Notes: generated by a model from the letters alone, not told the origin. Counted from the stretch's first letter, positions 37,354 through 47,979 are shown. The stretch is DNA of 64,000 bases from Planctomycetota bacterium (GCA_965248445.1 CBDFJG010000004.1:1216001-1280000); one strand, 5' to 3'. Translations and numbers: made by a program.

Positions 37354-39627
37354 CTACGACGTAGCGGACGACTTGCGCGTCGCGGCGCCGGGCATGGGGT
37401 GCGTTGGCTCGCGCGCTTCGTTCAGCAGCTGCGTGGCGGCCGCCCGCAGCAGGTCGCGCGCGGTCGGGAAGTCCGCGTCGATCGAGAGGATGCGCGTCAG
37501 CGCGACCGCGGCGCGCGCCGTCTGGCCCGCGCGCATGCGAAGCTCGACCAGCGCGGCGAGGGACGCGAGCAACTCGCGCTTCTCGTCGTCCTCGGCTCCG
37601 AGCAGTTCGCAGAGCTCGGCCAGCAAATCGGCGTCGGTGGGACGCATCGCGACGGCCTCGCGCAGGAACGGCACCGCTTCCTCCCGGCGGCCGTTGGCGC
37701 GGTGCAAGAGCGCGGCGCGGTGGAAGTGCTCGGCCGCGCGGGTCTGCTCGCCGGCGTGGTGCAGCGCCATCGCGAGGCTGCGGTGGGCATCGAGGCTCGA
37801 GGAGTCGATATCCAGCATCTCCTCGTACGTCTCGGTGGCCCCCGTCCAGTCGCCGCGCTCTTCGTAGCGCGCTCCGGCCCGGCGGAGCTGGGCCAGCGCA
37901 CGGTTGCGGTCACCCATGTCGGCGTGGCAGCGCGCCATGGCGCGTCGGACGGCGAGGTCGTTGGGGCGCAGTTCGACGAGTTCGTTGAAGCTCTCGATCG
38001 CCGTGCGGTGGCGCTTCGCGTCGCTGAGCGCCGTGGCGGATGCGGCGAACAGGCGCTCGGCGCTCTCGACCGCCCCGGCGTGCAGGAACGCGGCACCGAG
38101 GTGTTGCGATGCGGAGGACGCCATGCCGCCGACGGCGAGCAGACTGTGCTCGACCTCGAGCAGCTTCGCACCGCGCAGGGCGTCGTCTTCGATCGCGCCG
38201 CCGCGGTCGAGGAGCCCGACGAGGTCCGAGAGCTCCTGCACCGCCATGTCGGAGTGACCACCTCGGTGCAGCGCGTCCACGAGACGGAAGCGCACCGACC
38301 ACGCGTGGGGGACCAGCGCCATCGACGCGCGATAGCACTCCTCCGCCGCCTCGAACTCCTCCGAATCGAGGTGCAGATCACCCGCGCGGCGAATGCAAAG
38401 CGCACCGCGGCCCGGTGCGCCCTCCGCCGTGTACGCGTCGCCGAGACGCTGCCAGACGGCCGGGTACATCGGAGACAGGCGGGCCGCGCGCCGATAGGCG
38501 GCACGACTGCCGACGACATCGCCGGCCTCGGTAAGCACATCGCCGAGAACGCCGACCGCTTCCGCCATCTTCGTCTGGTCGCCGCTGCGCTCGAGTACCC
38601 GGATCTCGAACCGGCGGAGCGCCGGATCGTCCGGGACCAGGAGCGTCGCGCGACTCGCGCTGCCGAGCGCGGTCTCGGTGTCGTCGTTGCGGAGCGCGTT
38701 CTTGGCGTGCTTGACGTACGTGCCGGCGGCGTCGCGCCGCCGGCCGAGTTCCTCGTAGGTGCGCGCGAGGGGCTGCAGCACGTCGAAGCCCTCGCCGCCG
38801 AGCTCGATCACCCGCTCGAGCACACGTGCCCGCTTCTGCGGGCTGAACTCGTTGCGGCGGTTCTCCGCCAGCATCAGAAGCTCGAAGCCGTTCTTGCTGC
38901 GCAGCAGGCCGGCCTGGTGGAAGGAGTAGAACAGCTCCAGCACCTCGAACCGGTTCATGCGCATGTCCCGCAGGACCTCGCGCATGTCGCGCACGCCGTC
39001 GATCAGGAGCATGAACTCGCGGTGCGCTGGATCCGGCACCTTCGCCTCGAGCTCGTCGATCGAGTGGATCAGCAGTTCGTACACGTCGCGCAGTGACGGA
39101 GTGACGCTGTTGAACTTCGCGAGGTCGTCCGTGATCTTGGTGCAGTTGATGAGGATCGAGTCGACCGCCACCCTATCGCCGACCAGCTGGTACCCGTCGG
39201 CGAACAACTTCTCGATGACGGCCGGCTCCTCGCCGGCGTGAAACTCGAAGCCGACGTTCGGCCAGTAGAAGAGCTCCAGCCCTTCCTCGATCAGCTGATA
39301 GCGGCGGGCGCGATCAAGTGCGTCGGGCGTGACGTGGTCGTGGTCTCGCAGGAAGCGTGCGACCTCCGCGTCCGTGCGCTTCTCCCCGAGCTCCGCCGCT
39401 GCGGCCTTGAGGTGCGCAACGTCGACGGTGCGGTGGTTGTAGAGGACCTTCTGGAGCGTGACGCGGGGCTTACGCGTGTACACGCCGCGGAGCGTCGCGC
39501 GGTCCAGGTGCAGGTACTTTCGCCGGCCGCCCGAGCTCACCGCGAGCACACCGATCTTCAGATTGCTCGAGAGCGCCTGGAGCAGAACGCCCACGTCGAA
39601 CAGCTGCAGCGAATCCTGGCCCTTCAT
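37354..39627 (-). CDS. DUF4388-like N-terminal domain plus TPR-repeat protein
   Basis: 'L..FDVGVLLQAL..N.K.GVL' start; 'LIDGVRDMREV'; long TPR array. Confidence 0.75.
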   Translation of the reverse strand: MKGQDSLQLFDVGVLLQALSSNLKIGVLAVSSGGRRKYLHLDRATLRGVYTRKPRVTLQKVLYNHRTVDVAHLKAAAAELGEKRTDAEVARFLRDHDHVTPDALDRARRYQLIEEGLELFYWPNVGFEFHAGEEPAVIEKLFADGYQLVGDRVAVDSILINCTKITDDLAKFNSVTPSLRDVYELLIHSIDELEAKVPDPAHREFMLLIDGVRDMREVLRDMRMNRFEVLELFYSFHQAGLLRSKNGFELLMLAENRRNEFSPQKRARVLERVIELGGEGFDVLQPLARTYEELGRRRDAAGTYVKHAKNALRNDDTETALGSASRATLLVPDDPALRRFEIRVLERSGDQTKMAEAVGVLGDVLTEAGDVVGSRAAYRRAARLSPMYPAVWQRLGDAYTAEGAPGRGALCIRRAGDLHLDSEEFEAAEECYRASMALVPHAWSVRFRLVDALHRGGHSDMAVQELSDLVGLLDRGGAIEDDALRGAKLLEVEHSLLAVGGMASSASQHLGAAFLHAGAVESAERLFAASATALSDAKRHRTAIESFNELVELRPNDLAVRRAMARCHADMGDRNRALAQLRRAGARYEERGDWTGATETYEEMLDIDSSSLDAHRSLAMALHHAGEQTRAAEHFHRAALLHRANGRREEAVPFLREAVAMRPTDADLLAELCELLGAEDDEKRELLASLAALVELRMRAGQTARAAVALTRILSIDADFPTARDLLRAAATQLLNEAREPTHPMPGAATRKSSATS

Positions 39628-39801
39628 CCCTGGACCCATCGGAACCCCAGGCTCGGGAAGTGAGCGGAATCCCGCCTCCGAGGCCGCCCTCCCGGGCTCG
39701 GGGACGTGGTATCGTCCGCGGCTCGCGGCCGGGAGGACACGGACGGGGCCGCGAGGGGCCGAGATCGAGCCTGGGTGCCGGACTGCAGGGGTGACCTCGG
39801 A

Positions 39802-41277
39802 GTGACAGCCACGATCGCGATTGTGGGCGGCGGATTCAGCGGACTCGTCTCGGCGTTCCTGCTCGAACGGAGCGTCCGAGACCCACCGAAGATCGTGGTC
39901 CTGGAGGGCGGTCCCCGCTTCGGCGGCCGCATCCGGTCCGGCTCGCTCGGCGCGGGCGGCATCCCCTACGACGCGGGAGCCGCCGAGCTGTACGACATCA
40001 CCGGCATCCCGCAGCTGCGGCGCCTGGTCAACCTGCTGGGTCTGTCGACCCGGACCATGCGCGCGACCCCGACGTTCTTCCACCGGGGCCGCCGGCTCGA
40101 GTCCGATGCCGACTTCACGGACGCGTTCGGCGCCGATGCCGTCGCGCGATACGAGGCATTCTGGGAACGCGGCACGTCGCTCCGGACGCCGCAGGAGTAC
40201 TCGCGCGCGGGCCACCCACAGGACAACGCGCACCCGTGGTCCGGCAGGACGTTTCGCGACGTGCTTCGCACGATCGGCGATCCCGCCATCGAGGCGTTCG
40301 CGGCGATGCAGGTGCACAGCGATCTCGCCGCGTCCCCCGACCGCACGAGCGGCACGTACGGCTTCGACAACCTGCTGATCGACGATCCCCGCTACTGCTC
40401 CATGTACACGATCGTCGGAGGGAACGAACGGCTCATCACGCGACTCGTGGAAGAGGTTCGTGCAGAGAAGCGTCGCGACGCGCCGGTTGCGTCCGTCGCG
40501 CCGCGCCGCGATGGTCGATTCGACATCGCAGTGGGACCGGACGAGATCCTGACCGTGGACGGCGTGCTGCTCACCCCCCCCCCTGCGTACTTGCTCGAGA
40601 TCGACTACCGCGACGAGCGTCTGCGGCGCGCGATCGCAGAACACGTCGAACACCACGACCACCCTGCCGCGTACCTGCGGGTGACGATGCTGTTCGACCG
40701 GCGGTTCTGGGGCGACGACCTCCCCGAGGACTACTGGGTCTCCGACGCGTTCGACGGCGTGACGGTCTACGACCAGTCCCCGGACAGGAGCGACCGTGAC
40801 GCGCCCGGCATCCTCAGCTGCCTCATCGGCGGGCTCCCCGCGGAGCGGCACGAGCGGCGACGCGACGACGACATCGTGCGCGACGTGATCGCGTCGCTGC
40901 CGCAGTCACTCGCGGACGCGGCCGAGCGTCTCGTGGACGCACGGGTCGACCGCTGGACGGGACGCCTCGGGGTGGCGGCGCTACCGGGGGGGCAGCCGCT
41001 GCTGCCGATCCGGCGGCGCCACCAGCCGAGTCTGGCCCATCCGGGTCTCGTGCTCGTCGGCGACTACCTGTACGACGCCACGATCAGCGGGGCGCTCGAC
41101 GGCTGTTCCAACGGTCTCGAACTGTTGCTGCGAGCGATCGGCTCGGCCGAGACACCCGACGCCGCCGACGTCCTCGCCCGCGCCGGGCTCTCCGATGCGC
41201 GCAGGTCGGACGATGAGGCCAGAGTTCGGAACAGCGCGCTGCCGTTCCTGCGGGCGGCCGCCGAGAGTTTGAGTTAG
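39802..41277 (+). CDS. FAD-dependent oxidoreductase (flavin amine oxidase-like)
   Basis: 'IVGGGFSGL', 'GGRIRS', 'GGNERL', 'VGDYL..TISGA'. Confidence 0.85.
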   Translation: MTATIAIVGGGFSGLVSAFLLERSVRDPPKIVVLEGGPRFGGRIRSGSLGAGGIPYDAGAAELYDITGIPQLRRLVNLLGLSTRTMRATPTFFHRGRRLESDADFTDAFGADAVARYEAFWERGTSLRTPQEYSRAGHPQDNAHPWSGRTFRDVLRTIGDPAIEAFAAMQVHSDLAASPDRTSGTYGFDNLLIDDPRYCSMYTIVGGNERLITRLVEEVRAEKRRDAPVASVAPRRDGRFDIAVGPDEILTVDGVLLTPPPAYLLEIDYRDERLRRAIAEHVEHHDHPAAYLRVTMLFDRRFWGDDLPEDYWVSDAFDGVTVYDQSPDRSDRDAPGILSCLIGGLPAERHERRRDDDIVRDVIASLPQSLADAAERLVDARVDRWTGRLGVAALPGGQPLLPIRRRHQPSLAHPGLVLVGDYLYDATISGALDGCSNGLELLLRAIGSAETPDAADVLARAGLSDARRSDDEARVRNSALPFLRAAAESLS

Positions 41278-42956
41278 ACCAAGCGCACGGCGAGGACGGA
41301 GGTGGCGCCGGCAGGGTCGTCGGCGCGTGCGCCGGCCACGAGCACGCGCATGCCCTGCGCCAAGAGCCCGGCATCGACGGCCCCCGCCAGTCCGGCGGCG
41401 AGCGTCTCGCCCTCGGTCTCACCGGTCGCCACGACCGGGCGCACCGAGCCGACCAGTGCGAGCGACCGTGCCGTCCGCGCGTCGGGGACGATCGCGACCA
41501 CGGGAACGAGCGAGAAGAAGCGCGCGATGTTGCGCGCCGTTCGCCCGGAACGCGTGACCGCGACGATCGCCTCGCAGCCGAGGCCTTCGGCGATACGCAC
41601 CGCCTCGACCGTCATTCGGTCGGTGATGCGTTCGGCCTGATCGTTCTCGCCGCGATCCTCGCGCAACTTCGAGACGTCCATGCGCATGTGATTGAGGAGC
41701 ATGCCGCGACCGAAGCGGCTCCCGTCACGCCAGCCGGCCGCCGCCAACGCGACCTGTCGCAGCATCGCCACGGCATCGTGCGGCCTCTGGCCGAGCGCTG
41801 TTTCCCCGGAGAGCATGAGCGCGTCCGCACCGTCGAGCACCGCGTTGAAGACGTCGGACGCCTCGGCGCGTGTCGGCTCCGGCGCCTTCTCCATGCTGCC
41901 GAGCATCTGCGTGGCGACGATCGACGGCCGGCAGAGCAGCGCCGCTCGGTGGATGATGTCCTTCTGCAGCCGCGGCACGTCCTCGGGGCGGCACTGCAGG
42001 CCCAGATCGCCACGCGCGATCATGACGGCGTCGGCTGCGAGCAGGATGCCGTCGAGGTTCTCGGTCGCCGAGCGCGTCTCGAGCTTCGCGACGATCTGGA
42101 TGTCGTCGGGGTCGAGCGGGCCGTAACCGGCGCGCAGGTCTGGCAGCAGCCCGTCCAGCTTGCGCAGCAGTTCGGCGTCCGCGGCGTCCGCCGGCTCCAC
42201 GCCCTCGCGGAAGAACGCGGCTGAAACGCGACAGAACGCGCGGAGCGCCGCGATGTCCGCGGCGCTCCGCGTGAACGACAGCGCGAGGAGGTCAGCGTCT
42301 CCGCGCAGCAGAGCCGGCAGAGCGAAGGCCGCGAGATCGACGCGGTCGCGGAATGGCAACGGCGGCTCTTCGACGAGATCGACGTTCCTGAACGTCACGC
42401 CCTTTCGATGCCGCAGCTTGCCGGGCTCGCTTGCCCGCAGCACCGCAACGTCGTCGTCGACGGCGACGCACGTCAGCATCGGGTCACCGTCGGCGATCGC
42501 GACCTGCACCGAGTCCTGCCGTGACAGCGCGTCGCGCAGCGCCTGACGGACGAGCGGAGACGCGTCGCACGCCAGTTCATCGTCTGAGGGCTCCGCAGTG
42601 AGCCGCATCCGGAACTCCGCGCCCGTGTCGAAGGCCAGTCCCGTCCTGCGCTGCTCGACCGGCAGATAGAGACGCAGTTTGATTCCCTGCAGATCGAGCA
42701 AGACGGCGACGTGGCTCTCCGGCCCGGCCGCGGCCGACTCCCGTTGCACAAGGTCGATACTGCGGGTCTCCCGCGAGTAGTCCGGAGCGCGGCCCGCACG
42801 CAGGTCGGCCGCGCCGCCCGCGTGCGAGAGGTTGATCCGGGCGACGTCCATGCCTGCACGGACCAGCCCGGCGACGTACTCGTCCTTGTCGCGCAGACGC
42901 CGTCCTCCCGGCGCGCCAGGGCCGAGGGTGCAGATGACGCGGATGCGCGCCTTCAC
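41274..42956 (-). CDS. pyk: Pyruvate kinase, divergent
   Basis: 'ICTLGP', 'GMDVARINLSH', 'DLQGIKLR', 'AKLET', 'MIARGDLG', 'ATQML', 'LMLSGETA'. Confidence 0.85.
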   Translation of the reverse strand: MKARIRVICTLGPGAPGGRRLRDKDEYVAGLVRAGMDVARINLSHAGGAADLRAGRAPDYSRETRSIDLVQRESAAAGPESHVAVLLDLQGIKLRLYLPVEQRRTGLAFDTGAEFRMRLTAEPSDDELACDASPLVRQALRDALSRQDSVQVAIADGDPMLTCVAVDDDVAVLRASEPGKLRHRKGVTFRNVDLVEEPPLPFRDRVDLAAFALPALLRGDADLLALSFTRSAADIAALRAFCRVSAAFFREGVEPADAADAELLRKLDGLLPDLRAGYGPLDPDDIQIVAKLETRSATENLDGILLAADAVMIARGDLGLQCRPEDVPRLQKDIIHRAALLCRPSIVATQMLGSMEKAPEPTRAEASDVFNAVLDGADALMLSGETALGQRPHDAVAMLRQVALAAAGWRDGSRFGRGMLLNHMRMDVSKLREDRGENDQAERITDRMTVEAVRIAEGLGCEAIVAVTRSGRTARNIARFFSLVPVVAIVPDARTARSLALVGSVRPVVATGETEGETLAAGLAGAVDAGLLAQGMRVLVAGARADDPAGATSVLAVRLV

Positions 42957-44518
42957 AGGTAGCCCAGCCCTTCGAGCGACTCGCGCAACGCGGCCTCCTC
43001 CTCCGGGGTGAACCCGGGGGCAGTCGACCCGTCGGCGGACTCGAGCGCGCCCGTCGTGGACACCTCGCGGCCGTCGTCGAACGCCTCGAGCAACACCCGT
43101 CCGTCCAGACCCTCGGGCACCGAGAGTCCCATGCTGTGCAGGATCGTCGGCAGGCAATCGACGATGTGCCCCTCGATCGTGGCTCCGGCGCGCACGCCGG
43201 GACCGGCGAGCGCCACGAATCCGCGGGGACTGTGCTGGCCACCCGGCCGCTTGTGGGTGCGCACGACATCGCCACGCTCGAGCGAGATGCCGAACTCGAC
43301 ACCGTCCGCTGGCTCCGTCACAACGTCCGGCGCCAGCTCAGCGTGCGGTCCCTCGTACACGTCTTCGCGGCGCCGCACGCTGCGGAACGCCGGACGTCCG
43401 TCCGGAAGTTCGAGTGCGGTCAGCGCCGCAATCACCTCGTCACGCACCGTCTCGTAGTCGCTGTCGTCCACACATCCGTAGGGATACCGGCTGGCCAGGT
43501 TGACTCCGATCCCCGCCGTGTCGAGCGACCACGTGAACGCCCGCGTGCGCGACCAGTCCATGACCGTCGCCCCGCCGATGCCCACCTTAGCGAGAACGCG
43601 TCCGACCGCGCCCGTCACGCCTGCCCCGCCGCCGCCCTGGAAGTCCTCGAAGTAGTCCGGCCTCCGGCGCGCATACGGGTCCTCGCCCGGCGCTCCCCGG
43701 CCGGTCGCCAGGAGCCCGCGCTCCTGCAACCAGCGGTTCAAGTACACCTTGTGGGTCGCGTCCTGGAACCCGTGGTCGCTCATCAGCATGACGAGCGTGT
43801 CGTCGTCCGCCGCGGCGTTGAGCACGTCGCCGACGCACGCATCCACGAGAGCGAAGAACTCGTCGATCTTCTCCCGCACGGAACGCCAGAGAGAGTGCTG
43901 GATGCGATCGGTGTTGGTGAACACGGTGACCAGTAGGTCCCAGGGCTCGTTCTCCGCCAGATGCACGAACAGGTCGCGTCGCGCTCGCGTCATGGCGGCC
44001 ATCGCGTCGTACACCGTGTCGCTCGCATCGAGCATCTCGCGGTCCACGTCGATGCGGTAACCGGGGACCACCTCCTCGAGCTTCGCCTGGAGTTCCTTCG
44101 GATGCGTCCACTGCACCTTCCGGGACTCGGGGGTGAGCATCCCCGTGACAATCACTCCGTCGAACGCAGGCGGCGGCCAGGTGACCGGGATGTTCGCGAT
44201 CACCGGCCGGCGGCCCTGCGCAGCCACGGCGTCCCAGACCTTCGGGGCCTGCACGTCGCCGATGTTGGCGAGCTGCGTGTCTCCGCCGTCCCCGCGCTCC
44301 ACCACGAAGGAGTAGAGCCCGTGGCCGCCGGGCTGCCGTCCGGTCATGAACGACGCCCAAGCCGGCGCGGACACCGGCGGCAGCGTTGACCGCAGCACCC
44401 CTGAGGCCCCGCGCGCCATCAGCCCGCCGATGTGCGGCAGCTCTCCGCGGGCGACGAGCGGACGCATGACGGCCAGGTCCGCCGCGTCGAGGCCGATCAC
44501 CAGGACCCTGCGCTGCAT
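42953..44518 (-). CDS. Alkaline-phosphatase-superfamily phosphodiesterase/nucleotide pyrophosphatase
   Basis: 'IGLDAA', 'STLPPVSAPAW.SFMTG', 'DRIQH', 'MSDHGF', terminal 'L.GLGYL'. Confidence 0.88.
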   Translation of the reverse strand: MQRRVLVIGLDAADLAVMRPLVARGELPHIGGLMARGASGVLRSTLPPVSAPAWASFMTGRQPGGHGLYSFVVERGDGGDTQLANIGDVQAPKVWDAVAAQGRRPVIANIPVTWPPPAFDGVIVTGMLTPESRKVQWTHPKELQAKLEEVVPGYRIDVDREMLDASDTVYDAMAAMTRARRDLFVHLAENEPWDLLVTVFTNTDRIQHSLWRSVREKIDEFFALVDACVGDVLNAAADDDTLVMLMSDHGFQDATHKVYLNRWLQERGLLATGRGAPGEDPYARRRPDYFEDFQGGGGAGVTGAVGRVLAKVGIGGATVMDWSRTRAFTWSLDTAGIGVNLASRYPYGCVDDSDYETVRDEVIAALTALELPDGRPAFRSVRRREDVYEGPHAELAPDVVTEPADGVEFGISLERGDVVRTHKRPGGQHSPRGFVALAGPGVRAGATIEGHIVDCLPTILHSMGLSVPEGLDGRVLLEAFDDGREVSTTGALESADGSTAPGFTPEEEAALRESLEGLGYL

Positions 44519-44566
44519 CGCGGCGAAGATACCCGTCTCCGACCATCGGCAGCGTAAGTTCGGGTC

Positions 44567-45451
44567 GTGCCACGGGTCAGCGTGATCGTGCCGGTCTTCA
44601 ACCGCCCCGCCTTCGTGGCGGAGGCGCTCCGTTCCGCACTGGCGCAGGAGTGCCCCGGGGGCTTCGAGGTCGTCGTGGTGGACGACGGCTCGACCGACGA
44701 GACACCGCAGGTCCTGGCCGCGCTAGCGGCAGAGGACGAGCGACTGCGCGTCATCCGGCAGGACAACTCCGGGCCCGCGGTCGCGCGCAACCGCGCGTTC
44801 GCCGAGTCCACCGGCGAGTTCCTCGCGCTCCTCGACAGCGACGACATCTGGATGCCGGGAAAGCTGGCCGCCCAGGTCACGCTGCTCGATACGCACCCGC
44901 GCGTCGCGCTGGTGCACGCCGAGGTCGAGGAGTTCTTCGAGGGCGCGGAGCGACAGTGGCGCCACCGGCCGCGGATCGTGTCCGGCGACGTGCTGGCGAC
45001 TCTCCTCAACCGCAACTCGATCCACACCATGACCGTCATGCTGCGGCGCAGCGTGATCGACGAAGTCGGCGGGTTCGATCCGACGTATCCGCCGTGCGAG
45101 GACTGGGACCTCTGGCTGCGCATCGCCGAGCACCACGAGTTCATGGGCGACCGCGAGCCCCGCGTGTGGGTCCGCATCCACGAGGGCGGAATCAGCAGCG
45201 ATCCGCTGGTGGTCTACGCACAGGCAACCCGCCTGCTCGCAGCAGCCGCAAAGCGTCTGGCCGCGCGCGGCAACGATGCCATGGCGTCGGAGGCCCGACG
45301 ACAAGCCGCCCGCTGGTACGTCAAGTACGGACGCCGCCTCGTGCGCGCCAGGCGCTCGGACGAGGCGCGCACGGCATTCGACGCGGCGATCCGCTTGCAC
45401 CCGCCGTCGCGTTTCGCGGTGATCAGGGCGCGGCTCTTCCCGAAGCGCTGA
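44567..45451 (+). CDS. Glycosyltransferase family 2
   Basis: 'VSVIVPVFN', 'VDDGSTD', 'ARN', 'LDSDD', 'EDWDLW'. Confidence 0.93.
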   Translation: MPRVSVIVPVFNRPAFVAEALRSALAQECPGGFEVVVVDDGSTDETPQVLAALAAEDERLRVIRQDNSGPAVARNRAFAESTGEFLALLDSDDIWMPGKLAAQVTLLDTHPRVALVHAEVEEFFEGAERQWRHRPRIVSGDVLATLLNRNSIHTMTVMLRRSVIDEVGGFDPTYPPCEDWDLWLRIAEHHEFMGDREPRVWVRIHEGGISSDPLVVYAQATRLLAAAAKRLAARGNDAMASEARRQAARWYVKYGRRLVRARRSDEARTAFDAAIRLHPPSRFAVIRARLFPKR

Positions 45452-45477
45452 ACCCGCCCGCGCACGTCTCGACCGCC

Positions 45478-46593
45478 CTATCGCTCGACGGGCAGTCCCG
45501 ACGCCTCCCAGCCGTCGGTGCCGCTCGCCACGTTGAACACGCGGCGATATCCCTGTTCGATCAGGAAGAGCGTGGCGCGGGCGGAGCGCTGACCGCTGCG
45601 GCAGATCACGAGCATCTCCGCATCCTTCTGCTGTGGCAGGTCACCGAGCCGCGACGGCAGTTCGCCAAGCGGGACCAGCACGGCGCCGGGCGCGTGGCGC
45701 CCGCGCGGGCCGGAGTACTCCCACGGCTCGCGCACGTCGAGCAGGAACGGTGCAGCGTCACCGGTTGCGGTCCGGCGGCGATGGGCCTCGGCCGGCATCA
45801 CGAGCGGCACGGCGTCGACCGGTCCTGCGGCACACGCACCGCCGGTATCGCAGGCGGCGTCCGCGAGCACAGGATCGAGGGCGGGCATCGCGTGCTCGGC
45901 GTGATGCGCCGCGTGCGTCGGCGCGGTGCCGAGGTTCTTCGCGATGACGTCGAGCATCCAATCCGGCGTCGGTGAAGCGATCGCGCGCTGCCACGCGACG
46001 TACTCCTCCGGCGACAGGTCGGTCAACCGCGGGTTCCGCGTGCGCTCGGCGCCGAGGGTCGCGCTGTCTTCACCGACGTAGTCGTGGCCGGGGTGCACGA
46101 CGTGCTCGTCGTCGAAGCGGCTCAGACGCTGGAGGCTCTCCCAGTGGACGCGCGGATCGCCTCCCGGCAGATCGGTGCGACCGGCGCCGTCCTGCGCCAG
46201 GAACAGGAAGTCCCCGGTGAAGAGGTGATGACCTGCGCGCAGCGTGAGGCTGTCCGGCGTGTGCCCGGGCGTGTGCAGCACCTCGAGGGCGACCTCGCCA
46301 CACTCGATCACCTGTCCGTCGCGGAGCTTCTCGTTGGCGCCGTCGCACTCCGTGTCCTCGTAGAGCGCGTACGGCACACCAGTCGCCTTCGAGACGGCGC
46401 GCCCCCCGCTCAGGTGGTCGGCGTGAGTGTGGGTGTCGACGACGAGATCGAGAGAGAGTCCGCGTGAGTCGATGCCTGTGAGCACGCGGTCCACGTCCTG
46501 AAAGAGTGGATCGATCCAGACCGCACGTCCTGCTCGGGGACACGCCACCAGGTACGAGCGGCACGCAGCGGGTCCGATCTGCTCAATCAGCAT
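45478..46593 (-). CDS. Persulfide dioxygenase (MBL fold) - rhodanese fusion
   Basis: 'THTHADH', 'TPGHT', 'FTGD', 'GRTD', 'PGHDY'; rhodanese 'LDVRE', 'CRSGQRS'. Confidence 0.88.
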   Translation of the reverse strand: MLIEQIGPAACRSYLVACPRAGRAVWIDPLFQDVDRVLTGIDSRGLSLDLVVDTHTHADHLSGGRAVSKATGVPYALYEDTECDGANEKLRDGQVIECGEVALEVLHTPGHTPDSLTLRAGHHLFTGDFLFLAQDGAGRTDLPGGDPRVHWESLQRLSRFDDEHVVHPGHDYVGEDSATLGAERTRNPRLTDLSPEEYVAWQRAIASPTPDWMLDVIAKNLGTAPTHAAHHAEHAMPALDPVLADAACDTGGACAAGPVDAVPLVMPAEAHRRRTATGDAAPFLLDVREPWEYSGPRGRHAPGAVLVPLGELPSRLGDLPQQKDAEMLVICRSGQRSARATLFLIEQGYRRVFNVASGTDGWEASGLPVER

Positions 46594-46743
46594 GTCAGCC
46601 TCCGGGTCGAGAGCCCGACAGTCTACTCCCGCCGATTTCGCCGCTCACGGCTCACGTGACGGGTAGCTTGGCGCGCGGAGTGTGAGGCACGAGTGGCAGC
46701 AGGCGGAGGCGGAGCCTGCTCTGCGAACCGGAGAGCGCACGGG

Positions 46744-47979
46744 ATGCAGGCGACGACACGCGGCGGGACCGACATCGGTCGGCGCCGCGAGCACAATGAG
46801 GACACGTTCCTCGTCGACGACGACATCGCGCTCGCGATTGTCGCCGACGGCATGGGCGGCCACGCGTGCGGCGAGGTCGCCTCGGAGCTCGCCGCTGAGG
46901 CCTTCCGCGACGCGGTGACAGGCGAGCGCGAGACCCTCTCGAAGTACGCCGCCGGAGGCGCATCGTCGGACGAGGTGCACGCGGTGCTCGAGAGCGCGAT
47001 GCTGATGGCGTGCAACACGGTCTACGAGGCCGCGGAGGACGATCCCTCCAAGCACGGGATGGGAACTACGTGCACGGCGGTGGTATTGGCGGGCGACCGG
47101 CTGTTCGCCGCGCACGTCGGCGACTCGCGGTTGTACTTGGTGCGCGACGACCAGGCGCTCCAGCTGACTCGAGATCACACCGTCCTGGCCCAGTTGGTGG
47201 CGCTCGGCCGCATCACCGCGGAGCAGGCCGCGGGCAGCGGTTACGCGGGGTATCGCAACGCGCTCGCCCGTGCAGTCGGCGTCACGCCCGAGGTCGAGGT
47301 CGACACGCTGTCGGTCGATGTGCTGCCGGGCGACGTCCTGCTGCTCGCCTCCGACGGTTTGACGACGTACTGCAAGCCCGCCGAGATCGCGGATCTCGCC
47401 GGTGGTAGCAAGGGCGACCTCGCAGAGAGACTGATCGCCGTCGCAAACGAGCGTGGCGGTCACGACAACATCACTGTCGTCACCGTTCACATGGCCGGCG
47501 ACGAATCGGACAACCTGCGCGCCGAGGTGCTCGCGTCGAAACTCGCCGCGCTGCGTCGCGTTCCGATGTTCGCGCTCCTCGAGCCGGAGAGGCTTCTCGA
47601 AGTGAGTGCACTCGCCGAGATCGTGGCGGTACCCAAGGATACGTACGTCGTCCGCAAGGGCGAGGCCGGCGACGCGCTCTACGCCGTGCTCGAGGGCACG
47701 GCGTGTGTGGCGTCCGAGGACGAAGAGGATCGCGAGCTGAGCGCCGGTGAGTTCTTCGGCGAATTCACTCTGCTCGACGTGCGCCGGCGAGCGACGGACG
47801 TCGTGACGACGGAGCCCTGCCGACTGCTGCGGCTCGACCGCGCCTCTCTGGCAGTGTTCCTCGAACGCTCTCCGCAGGTGGGCGTGCAACTGCTGTGGTC
47901 GCTCGCGCGATTCGTCTCCGGGCACGCGGGTTCAGGCGCCACAGAGGACGATGCGGACACGGCGGAGGACTCAGCGTAG
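46744..47979 (+). CDS. PP2C-type Ser/Thr phosphatase with C-terminal cNMP-binding domain
   Basis: 'NED', 'ADGMGGH', 'HVGDSR', 'SDGL', 'GGHDNIT'; then 'FFGE..LL..RRAT'. Confidence 0.88.
   Translation: MQATTRGGTDIGRRREHNEDTFLVDDDIALAIVADGMGGHACGEVASELAAEAFRDAVTGERETLSKYAAGGASSDEVHAVLESAMLMACNTVYEAAEDDPSKHGMGTTCTAVVLAGDRLFAAHVGDSRLYLVRDDQALQLTRDHTVLAQLVALGRITAEQAAGSGYAGYRNALARAVGVTPEVEVDTLSVDVLPGDVLLLASDGLTTYCKPAEIADLAGGSKGDLAERLIAVANERGGHDNITVVTVHMAGDESDNLRAEVLASKLAALRRVPMFALLEPERLLEVSALAEIVAVPKDTYVVRKGEAGDALYAVLEGTACVASEDEEDRELSAGEFFGEFTLLDVRRRATDVVTTEPCRLLRLDRASLAVFLERSPQVGVQLLWSLARFVSGHAGSGATEDDADTAEDSA

Noticed and set aside
40574..40583. C10 tract in the flavin oxidoreductase as a phase-variation site
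   Set aside because: In frame (TPPP) in GC-rich DNA; no evidence of variation from a single sequence
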